From Thermoplasmatota archaeon (lineage in GTDB: Archaea > Thermoplasmatota > JAKEGO01), in assembly GCA_028279595.1 (NCBI GenBank), contig JANQNK010000020.1:160001-224000 (forward strand): a stretch of DNA of 64,000 nucleotides, read 5' to 3'. The notes under the pieces are model-generated. The model had not been told where the DNA came from, searched no databases, and saw only the letters and a program-made list of their open reading frames with translations. A program made the translations under genes and the position numbers. This document shows, one piece after another, positions 30,068-39,050 of this stretch; position 1 is the first letter of the stretch; each line of letters starts with the position of its first letter.

Positions 30068-30610
30068 ATGGGAACAGAAATCAAGGTGAGGATGGCGCGG
30101 ACCGCATCGGTCCAGGCAGTGATATGCATCGTCGTTCTCCTTATCGTGGCGGGCGGAGGGAACGCAGCCATGAAGGCCGTGTGGGGCCAGGTCTACAAGT
30201 CGGACCACGACGCGGCCTCGGGATACAACGGTACCTGGGCAGCGATCGTGGTGAACCACAATGGGACGAACACCACCTACGAGGACCCGAACGGCCTCGA
30301 CGGATCGGGATACTACTCGGTGACGATACCGGACGGTGAATGGTCGGTCAACGACACGTTCAAGGTGAAGGTCGACGGGACACCGTGGAGCGACGCGAAT
30401 GGGTCTGCCCACAACGCCACTGGCGGGGGTTCTGGCCACAACTACACCGATAGGACGTTCATACTGGATGACGGCATCAGCCAGAGGCAGGACGTCGAGA
30501 CCCAGACCACGACCGAGATCCCGGAGTTCGCCGTTGGGCCGGTCGTTCTCATCGGTCTGCTGGCAGTGGTCACGTTCCTGAGGATCGACAGGCGAAGGCG
30601 CAGACATTGA
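30068..30610 (+). CDS. Secreted protein with a PEF-CTERM sorting signal
   Basis: GGAGGTG RBS directly after the RHS stop; signal peptide; C-terminus TTTEIPEF + TM + RRRRRH. Confidence 0.85.
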   Translation: MGTEIKVRMARTASVQAVICIVVLLIVAGGGNAAMKAVWGQVYKSDHDAASGYNGTWAAIVVNHNGTNTTYEDPNGLDGSGYYSVTIPDGEWSVNDTFKVKVDGTPWSDANGSAHNATGGGSGHNYTDRTFILDDGISQRQDVETQTTTEIPEFAVGPVVLIGLLAVVTFLRIDRRRRRH

Positions 30611-30715
30611 GCGGAAAGTGTTGAGACCGGCGCGACAGATCAATACCCAGTGTAACATCTGTAATAGAAGGTTTATTAAGGCGAACGTTTCTTTCTGGGC
30701 ATTGGGGGTTCACAC

Positions 30716-33700
30716 GTGTTGAAAGTGAATAGACAACTGAGCGTATGTGTTCTGATGGCGGTAATGGCCCTCGCTGCATTCCTTATTGTGGCGATACCGC
30801 AGAATTCCAGCGGCGCCACCTATGTCGTCGATGACGACAATGGGACCTGGCGGCATTACTCCACGATCGGAGCAGCGATATCTGGCGTGAACAGCACCGA
30901 CACGATCGAGATCTATGCCGGTACCTATACCGAGGACCTGAGCATCTCCAAGGCTCTCACGTTCGTCGGGAACGGCTCCGGGACGGTCGTTGCAGGGGAC
31001 CATGACATATCCGTGGAGGACGTCTATTTCGATTCGATCAACTTCACCAACCCGACACCGAGCGACTACACGTTCGTTGTGGACGCTTCCAGCGGCAACC
31101 TCGACGGCCTTGGCTGGTCCAACTGCATCTTCGTCCTCGAGGGATATGCGGGCATCCATCTCGGCGGCGATGTCGGTTCATCGAACACCTTGATCAACGT
31201 CGCCATAACGGACTGCGAGTTCTGGGGACCGAGTTCGAAGGCCGCGAACCCCTTCAAGACGGGCGGCACGTTCGGCACCCCTGGTCTGGGCGTCGGCATA
31301 TCCACGATGAACTTCACCGGGAACTCCATCATCCGTGCTTCAATACCTATCCTGCTGGAGGATAACGATATCAGCGGCGTCTACTTCGACGACAACACGT
31401 TCACAGGCACTGACGGAGTTGTCTACTTCTGGGGGAACGACACGCCCTCCGGGGTCCTGACCGACTTCGAGTTCACGAACAACGAGGTGGACGACACGAA
31501 CTCCTACGGCGTCGGCATCGGCTATCCGAACGGCACCTTCACCTCAGCGAACCTCGGTACCGGCAACCTGGTGAACTACAACAACATCGACGTCGCCGGT
31601 GCATACGGCATGGGCGGTGTCAGCAACTTCATGGGTGGGTCCCTCGACGCCACCATGAACTGGTGGGGCGCCTCCGACGGTCCGAGCGGCTCCGGTCCTG
31701 GATCGGGCTCACCGATATCCCACGACGTGACCTTCAATCCCTTCTACGACGAGATGGTCGGCAACGTATCCAGCAGCCTCGTGATCGACATCGATGGGGA
31801 CGAGACCTTCGATGGCTTCGTCGGCGAGGTCGACGACCTCACCATCGACGACGGGTCCGACGTGACATTCATGAACTCCGTGGTCACGGTAGCGGGAGAC
31901 CTCGATGTCTCATCCGGGACCTTGACGTTGATCGACACGACGCTGTATGTTGGCGACGTGCTTGTCTCGTCCGGCGGGACATGGGTCGTGGGCGACAGCA
32001 AGAATACCGTCTATGCCCAGAACATCAACATCAGCGGGAACACGACGTGGGACGCCTCCAACATAATGATGGACTGTACCTCGGACCTCGAGTACCACAT
32101 CTGGGTGCATAACGGGGGCGAACTGAACATAATCAACGACACCATGGTGTCCAGGAACGGCTCTTTCAACTACGAGTTCCAGCTGCAGACCGGCGGTGCC
32201 CTGTTCATCAAGGATTCCATCATCGAGTACATCGGTTCCTCATCGGGAACGGGCAACGGTGAATACGGTCTCTATCTCGGAGCTTCCGCTACCATCGTGA
32301 ACGGTACCTTCAGGAACTCGTACAACGGGATACTCACCGACGCATCCGGCATCGACATCTCGATGTCGACCTTCGGTTCCAACACGAGGTACGACCTTCG
32401 CACCGTCAGCTCCGACGATGTGATGGCGGAGGACAACTACTGGGGATCCGTCGACGAGGTCGATATCAGGACCGGGATCCACGACAGCGTGGAGAACGCC
32501 GGACTGGGTACTGTCGACTACTCGCCTTGGTACGACGCGACCTTCATGACCCAGTACAACACAGATACCGACGCCCCCTCGATCACGATCAACATGCCAA
32601 TGGACAACTCGACCTACAACGCGATGGTCGAGATCAATGCAACGGTCACGGACCTCAACAGGAACGACACGGATGTCTGGTACAGGTGGGACATGGGCAC
32701 GCCAGAACTATTACCTCTCGACTCCGGGGACTGGTTCTCCATCATGAACGATACAACCCTTCTCATGGATGGAACCCACAACCTGACGGTCATCGCCTAC
32801 GACGAGATCGGAAACCAGGCTATGGAGACCACGGAGGACATCATCATCGACAATGGCCTTCCAACGATATTCATCGACTCGCCTGGTGAGGGCTTGGTGA
32901 TCGGCGGTTCCGTGGAGATCAACTCATCCGTCGTCGACGACAATCGGAACGACACGGATGTCTGGTACTGGTGGGACTCGGATGCTCCGACCATTCTACC
33001 TTACGACACGGGCGATTTCTTCATGACATCGTTCGACACCACGACACTTTCGGACGGCGTCCACAACCTCACGGTCAAGGCGGTCGATGAACTCGGCAAC
33101 GAGAACATGACGACAGTCGAGAACATCGAGGTGGACAACACCGCGCCGACGATAGTGATCCTCGAACCTACGGCGGACGAATACGAATCAAAGCGGGTTA
33201 ACGTAACGGTTAACATCACAGATGCCAACAGGAATGACGCGGACGTCTGGTACTGGTTCACCGACGAGGGACCGGCAGCACTTCCCTTCGACAGCGGCGA
33301 CACGTTCTCCGGCTTCAACAACACCCTGGGCGAGGGCATCACGGAGGGTTACATCAACGTGACCATCAGGGCCATCGACCTCGTGGGGAACTCGGCTGAC
33401 GCCGTCGTCAACTTCACCCTCGACAACACCGCTCCGACCATCGTCATCAACCTCCCTGGGATGGACGACGTGATAGCCGGTGTCGTCGACCTCAACGCCA
33501 CCATAACCGACGACAACCTCGACACGTCGACGATCACATTCAGGTACTTCCTCAATGACCCGACCGATCTGCCCGTCCATTGGGGCGACTTCTACACGGC
33601 CTCGAACGATTCCGTGGCCGAGGGATGGCTCGATGACGACGCCAACGTGACCGTGATGGCATCCGACCTCTCGGGCAACATGGCCCAGGAGACGGTCGAC

Positions 33701-36700
33701 ATAATCATCGACAACACAGCTCCGGTGGTCAACCTTGGTCTGATAACCGACACGACCATCGGCTCGACGAGCCTTGTGAAGGACGGAGATGATGTTAGCG
33801 TCTACGCATTGGTAACCGATGACAACATACACAATATCACGGCGAACCTGACCGACCTCGGAGGATCGATGTACGAAACCCCGACGGATGAGAACCTCGC
33901 GACCGGTGAATTCTGGTGGAACCTCACCGGAGTGACCTGCACGCCCTCCGACGGAGAGATCAACGTCTCGGTAGTGACATATGACGAGGCGATGGCATCG
34001 GATTCCGATCACTCCATCACATTGTCCGACAACACCGCACCCATGGTAGCGATCAACATGCCAACGGAATCCGACATAATGGGGGGCAACATCACCATCA
34101 ACGCAACGGTCACCGACCTGAACAGGAATGACACCGATGTATGGTACTGGTCCCAGAACAAGGGACCGACCCTGCTTCCACTCATCACGGGAGACTGGTT
34201 CGAAGCGACGAACGATAGCGCAGCCTATGGATGGAAACAGAACAACAATGTGATCACGGTCAAAGCGGTCGACCTCGCCGGGAACGAGAAGACCTTAGTG
34301 GTCAATATTACGGTGGACAACACCATTCCGTCGGTCGAGATAACGGCACCTTTAAGGAACGACGAGATCGCTGGCGAGGTGACTATAACCGCCACTGTCA
34401 CGGATACGAACAGGAACGACACCGACGTCTGGTTCTGGTACGATGGCATTGCACCGGCTCTCCTGCCCTACGACTCCGACGATGAGTTCACGATCACTGT
34501 GAACAGCTCGGCGGACAATTGGACAGACGGAAGGGCTTACATAAACATCAAGGCCGTCGACCTGGCGGGAAATGAGAATTCAACCGAGACGGTCAGGATC
34601 GATGTGGACAACACTGCGCCCACTATCACATACGTTCATCCCCTGAATGGGACCTACCATGCTGGAACGATCCCGGTCAATGTCACCGTCGCCGACGTCA
34701 ACAGGAACGATGGCAAGGTGAGGTTCTGGATCGACGACATGAGCGAGAAGTGGAGGGTCAATCACTCCACCGAGAACAACTTCTCCGCAGAGCTTGTCAC
34801 CATCAACACGGAAAAAGAGCCTCCGAAGGTTGGCGTGGACGACGGCATTCACACGATGATAATCACCGCGGAGGACACCTACGGCAACAAGGGAAGGGAG
34901 ACGATAGAGTTCTTCGTCGACAACAAAAGACCGCTCGTCAATTTCATCTCACCGCTGGACGGTGAATACTACAATGGGACCTTCGAGCTCAACATCACCG
35001 TCACTGATACAGTGGGCCGTAACAATTCGGCGGTATGGTACTGGTTCGATGGCGATGAGGCCAATCCGATCCAGCTGCCCTATAACACCGGAGACTGGTT
35101 CACAACGACGATCGACACCGTCGCCCTAGGATGGGAGGACGGTGAACATACCTTGGACATCAACACCACGGACCTTGCCGGAAACTACAAGATCACGAAC
35201 ACCAACGGCTCCTCCCAGACGATAACCTTCACCGTCGACAACACGATCCCAGAGATCAACGTCACATCATTCATGGATGGGGATTATCTTTCCGGCACCG
35301 TCGATATCAGGATCCTGATCAACGAGACCAACCTCGATGAGGATGACGTCTGGTACTGGTGGAACGAAGAGGCCATGGATAATCTCCCGCTCATCTCCGG
35401 TAACGAGTTCGGCACGACATTCGATACCGAGACCGTAAGCGATGGTCTCAACAACATATCCTTCATGGTGGTCGATCTGGCGGGTAACTCGAACATGACG
35501 TCCATTGTCAACTTGATCTTTGACAATACCGTTCCCGAGATATTCATACAAACTCCTCTTGACGACGCTGTCGTCGACGGATGGATCGAGGTCAATGTCA
35601 GCGTTATCGATCTAAACATCGGGAACGAGAACGAATCCGTCTATTACTCCTGGCAGGGGGATGAACACTCACTCAACGCGACCGGTGATACATATTACAA
35701 CACCACGATCAATACCTCACGACTGACCGAGGGATCTTCAACGTTCACCATCTACACGTACGATAATGCATCGAACTACAACTCCGCACAAATAACGATA
35801 ATCATCGACAGGACGGACCCGGTCCTGTTCTCGGACACACTCACTGATGGGTCGTTCGCCCTAGGGACGTACGACCTCGAGGTCGAGGTCACCGAGACCA
35901 ACATCAACCAATCCATGGTGTTCTACACGTTCAACGGGACGGACTACCCGATGACGCATCTCGTGGGTATCACGTACAATGCGACCTTCAACACCAGCCA
36001 CTTCGCCGACGGGCTCTACCAGATAGAGTACAAGGCGTATGACCTGGCGGGGCACTTCGGAAACACCACCCATATCAACATAACAATAGACAACACCCTG
36101 CCGGAGCTGGAGCTCCTCTCACCGATGGACAACAGTCTGCTCAGCGGCGATGTGACCATCAGCGTCAACGTCAACGACACCAACATTGACAATTCCAGCG
36201 TCAGCTTCCTTGTCACTGGCAACCTCGAGCAGTTCCTCAGCAACGATACGACCCCGGACGATTGGCATTTCGAGAGCGTGAACGATACCGTGGATGAGGA
36301 CTGGGAGGAAGGCAACCTGACCATCACCATTCGCGCCATCGACCTCGCTGGCAACATGAACGAGACCTCCATCGATGTCGTGCTCGACAACACGGATCCG
36401 GGATTCAGTGACGTAATGCCTGAAGAGAACGAATTCCTCAACGGAACCTTCACGATCTCCGTCACGATCGACGAGGACCACCTCGACCCCGCGAACGTCA
36501 CTTGGCACAGGAGCGGCGAGGACTTCGAACCGATGGACACTGACGACAACATCACCTTCTACAAGGTCATCGACACGATCACTGACGGCTGGGACGATGG
36601 TGTCGAGACCATCACGATCCGGGCTATCGATAATGCGACGAACAGGAATACCCAGGATATCCTCATCGTCATCGACAACACCTTCCCGACGATCGAGATC

Positions 36701-38818
36701 ATCGATCCCGAGGAGGGCGCCATTGTCCTTCAGACCCATACCTTCGTTGCCGAGGTCGATGACGACACCACGACGACATCTCTCCTTACAGTCGAGATCG
36801 ACCTCGACGGTGACGGGGATTACGACGATGAGATGGACCATCAGAGTACAGACGGCACTGTCCTAACCTATTCCCACGAGGAGACGAACATGGACATCGG
36901 CCCCTACCGGCTGGACGTTCGAGTGACGGACCGTGCGGGGAATTCCGCCAATATGTCCGTGAACTATACGGTGCGTTCGGCGGACATTGTGGACCCGCAG
37001 GTCGAGATCGTCTATCCTGACATCTGCATCGAGGACGTCTACTACGTCGACGACACCGACTTCACTTTCTCGGTAAGGATGATCGACGAGAGCTTCAACG
37101 AGACGGGCATCGAGTACGAGCTCCCGGACTCGGAGGAGCGCTTCCCGATGGACTATGACTCCTTCGACGATGTCTTCGAGGCCGACCTTCAGCTGCTCGA
37201 GGATGAATACATGATCACGATACATGCCACCGACGCATCGGAGAACTACAGGAAGTACGAATTCGATGTGGTCGTCGACGCCACCGCCCCGAACGTGACG
37301 ATAACATCGGTCGCGACCGATGGGGCCGTGGGAGCCAACTTCTCCCTGAAGGCCACGGTAAAGGACAAGAACGACGACCGGTCCGCTGTGATGTGGAACT
37401 CGGACATCAACACGACATTCGCACCGATGGAATGGAAGTCCGGCAACGCATATTCGGTCAAGGTCAACACCACCGAGTGGGACTATGGCACCTTTTCGAT
37501 GACCGTCGAGGCCTACGACCTCGCCGGGAACAAGGGTAGTGCCACGGTCGTCAATGTGGAGTATGAGGAGACAGTTCCCATTGTCGACATCCTCACTCCC
37601 GAAGCGGATGAGGAGATATTGGAGGAGTTCAACTTCACCGTGGAGATCACGGATGACTACGTCGATCCGATGAACGTCTGGTTGGTACTCGACGACGAGC
37701 CCGAGGTCCAGATGTGGATCAACAACGACACCGAGGACGAGTTCTGGCGGTACATCGAGGACATTGACGTCGGATATCACTGGGTCGAGGTCTACACCGA
37801 GGACCTGGCAGGGAACTGGGCGAACGCGAGCCTTAAGTTCCGCGTTGTCAAGACCGAGGAGCAGACGATCAGGGTCGGTGGAGGCATCGAGGTCATCGTC
37901 ACCTATCAGGGGAATGGCGTAACGGCCGAGGTGCCCGATACGATTCCGACTGGAGAACCGGCGAACCGGATTTCTCTCGACATGTATGTGGAGATCAGCC
38001 TCGAACCGGACACGACACTTCTATCGGCCACCATCGAGTTCTCGTACGCCGCCGCCACTGGGATCAAGAAGATCGACAAGACGGCCATCGAGGTATATGT
38101 GTGGGGCTCATGGATACTCGTCGGGGATTATACGAACGAGCCGGGCCAGAGCGTGATAACCGCGAACGTCGACGAGGTAGGTATATACGCAGTGTTCGGT
38201 GGTGAAAAGGAGGACAGCACTGGACCATCAGATCCCAGCGGAGACGGCGGAGGCGGAGACGACGCCGGGCTCCCGATGGAGTTGATCCTGATCATCGTCG
38301 TGGTGGTCGTGGTCGTCCTCGTCCTCGTGATGAGGAAGAAGAAGAAGGGCGAGGAGGTGGACACGAAGGAGCCGGCGAAGCCCGACGCACAGTTCGCCGA
38401 CGGTCAACCTACGGGTGTCGTGACCGGTCCAGGCATCGGTCCGCTGGCACCGCTAACGCCCCCTGAACCGAAACCAGCACCTGCGCTTGCCGAGTGCTCG
38501 AACTGTGGAGCGATCATCAGGATGGACGCCAAGGAGTGTCCGAAGTGCGGCGCTGTATTCGACGAGGACCCGTTCGGATTCGACGATGAGGAGTTCGACG
38601 ACGAGGAGGACGAGGGCGGAGCAGAGGGCGAACCGGAGACACCGGCGGAGGGTGAGGCACCGGCCGAACCCACCGAGGAGGGGGCCGAGACACCCCCGCC
38701 CGCAGCTGAACCAGCACCCCCGCAGGAGGGCGAGATCCCGCCGCAGCCGCTCCAACCGGTCGACCCGTTGCTGGTGGACCAGCAGCAGCAGCCACCAGCC
38801 CCTCCTCCGCAGCAGTGA
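30716..38818 (+). CDS. Giant cell-surface glycoprotein (2700 aa): beta-helix head, about 18 Ig-like repeats, TM, C-terminal zinc ribbon and acidic/Pro tail
   Basis: Signal peptide; YSTIGAAI cap and DATMNWWG/AEDNYWG beta-helix ends; repeated DNTxP...AxDxAGN units; TM + RKKKK; CSNC...CPKC. Confidence 0.9.
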   Translation: MLKVNRQLSVCVLMAVMALAAFLIVAIPQNSSGATYVVDDDNGTWRHYSTIGAAISGVNSTDTIEIYAGTYTEDLSISKALTFVGNGSGTVVAGDHDISVEDVYFDSINFTNPTPSDYTFVVDASSGNLDGLGWSNCIFVLEGYAGIHLGGDVGSSNTLINVAITDCEFWGPSSKAANPFKTGGTFGTPGLGVGISTMNFTGNSIIRASIPILLEDNDISGVYFDDNTFTGTDGVVYFWGNDTPSGVLTDFEFTNNEVDDTNSYGVGIGYPNGTFTSANLGTGNLVNYNNIDVAGAYGMGGVSNFMGGSLDATMNWWGASDGPSGSGPGSGSPISHDVTFNPFYDEMVGNVSSSLVIDIDGDETFDGFVGEVDDLTIDDGSDVTFMNSVVTVAGDLDVSSGTLTLIDTTLYVGDVLVSSGGTWVVGDSKNTVYAQNINISGNTTWDASNIMMDCTSDLEYHIWVHNGGELNIINDTMVSRNGSFNYEFQLQTGGALFIKDSIIEYIGSSSGTGNGEYGLYLGASATIVNGTFRNSYNGILTDASGIDISMSTFGSNTRYDLRTVSSDDVMAEDNYWGSVDEVDIRTGIHDSVENAGLGTVDYSPWYDATFMTQYNTDTDAPSITINMPMDNSTYNAMVEINATVTDLNRNDTDVWYRWDMGTPELLPLDSGDWFSIMNDTTLLMDGTHNLTVIAYDEIGNQAMETTEDIIIDNGLPTIFIDSPGEGLVIGGSVEINSSVVDDNRNDTDVWYWWDSDAPTILPYDTGDFFMTSFDTTTLSDGVHNLTVKAVDELGNENMTTVENIEVDNTAPTIVILEPTADEYESKRVNVTVNITDANRNDADVWYWFTDEGPAALPFDSGDTFSGFNNTLGEGITEGYINVTIRAIDLVGNSADAVVNFTLDNTAPTIVINLPGMDDVIAGVVDLNATITDDNLDTSTITFRYFLNDPTDLPVHWGDFYTASNDSVAEGWLDDDANVTVMASDLSGNMAQETVDIIIDNTAPVVNLGLITDTTIGSTSLVKDGDDVSVYALVTDDNIHNITANLTDLGGSMYETPTDENLATGEFWWNLTGVTCTPSDGEINVSVVTYDEAMASDSDHSITLSDNTAPMVAINMPTESDIMGGNITINATVTDLNRNDTDVWYWSQNKGPTLLPLITGDWFEATNDSAAYGWKQNNNVITVKAVDLAGNEKTLVVNITVDNTIPSVEITAPLRNDEIAGEVTITATVTDTNRNDTDVWFWYDGIAPALLPYDSDDEFTITVNSSADNWTDGRAYINIKAVDLAGNENSTETVRIDVDNTAPTITYVHPLNGTYHAGTIPVNVTVADVNRNDGKVRFWIDDMSEKWRVNHSTENNFSAELVTINTEKEPPKVGVDDGIHTMIITAEDTYGNKGRETIEFFVDNKRPLVNFISPLDGEYYNGTFELNITVTDTVGRNNSAVWYWFDGDEANPIQLPYNTGDWFTTTIDTVALGWEDGEHTLDINTTDLAGNYKITNTNGSSQTITFTVDNTIPEINVTSFMDGDYLSGTVDIRILINETNLDEDDVWYWWNEEAMDNLPLISGNEFGTTFDTETVSDGLNNISFMVVDLAGNSNMTSIVNLIFDNTVPEIFIQTPLDDAVVDGWIEVNVSVIDLNIGNENESVYYSWQGDEHSLNATGDTYYNTTINTSRLTEGSSTFTIYTYDNASNYNSAQITIIIDRTDPVLFSDTLTDGSFALGTYDLEVEVTETNINQSMVFYTFNGTDYPMTHLVGITYNATFNTSHFADGLYQIEYKAYDLAGHFGNTTHINITIDNTLPELELLSPMDNSLLSGDVTISVNVNDTNIDNSSVSFLVTGNLEQFLSNDTTPDDWHFESVNDTVDEDWEEGNLTITIRAIDLAGNMNETSIDVVLDNTDPGFSDVMPEENEFLNGTFTISVTIDEDHLDPANVTWHRSGEDFEPMDTDDNITFYKVIDTITDGWDDGVETITIRAIDNATNRNTQDILIVIDNTFPTIEIIDPEEGAIVLQTHTFVAEVDDDTTTTSLLTVEIDLDGDGDYDDEMDHQSTDGTVLTYSHEETNMDIGPYRLDVRVTDRAGNSANMSVNYTVRSADIVDPQVEIVYPDICIEDVYYVDDTDFTFSVRMIDESFNETGIEYELPDSEERFPMDYDSFDDVFEADLQLLEDEYMITIHATDASENYRKYEFDVVVDATAPNVTITSVATDGAVGANFSLKATVKDKNDDRSAVMWNSDINTTFAPMEWKSGNAYSVKVNTTEWDYGTFSMTVEAYDLAGNKGSATVVNVEYEETVPIVDILTPEADEEILEEFNFTVEITDDYVDPMNVWLVLDDEPEVQMWINNDTEDEFWRYIEDIDVGYHWVEVYTEDLAGNWANASLKFRVVKTEEQTIRVGGGIEVIVTYQGNGVTAEVPDTIPTGEPANRISLDMYVEISLEPDTTLLSATIEFSYAAATGIKKIDKTAIEVYVWGSWILVGDYTNEPGQSVITANVDEVGIYAVFGGEKEDSTGPSDPSGDGGGGDDAGLPMELILIIVVVVVVVLVLVMRKKKKGEEVDTKEPAKPDAQFADGQPTGVVTGPGIGPLAPLTPPEPKPAPALAECSNCGAIIRMDAKECPKCGAVFDEDPFGFDDEEFDDEEDEGGAEGEPETPAEGEAPAEPTEEGAETPPPAAEPAPPQEGEIPPQPLQPVDPLLVDQQQQPPAPPPQQ
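32564..37850 (+). repeat. About 18 tandem ~97-aa Ig-like (Big-type) repeats
   Basis: Counted from D(N/R/A)xxP starts (DTDAP to EETVP); most units end in AxDLAGN-like motifs. Confidence 0.8.
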
Positions 38819-39050
38819 CACGGAAGAGAATTCGTCATAGCTCATCTGGTAATCGTTAATATAGCCTGAATTGGGAATAATTATTCCCTCTTGATTTAAT
38901 AAATTAAGAGTTTGTTGATAATTAGGCGATGGGTATTTCATAGATGCGCGTCCTGTATCAACAAGGTGGGGGAGAGGACTGCTAGGTTTTCCGAATTTAA
39001 ATCTGTAGCAGACCTGCACCTTCCGACTCTTGAACGTAGAGGTGAAACAG

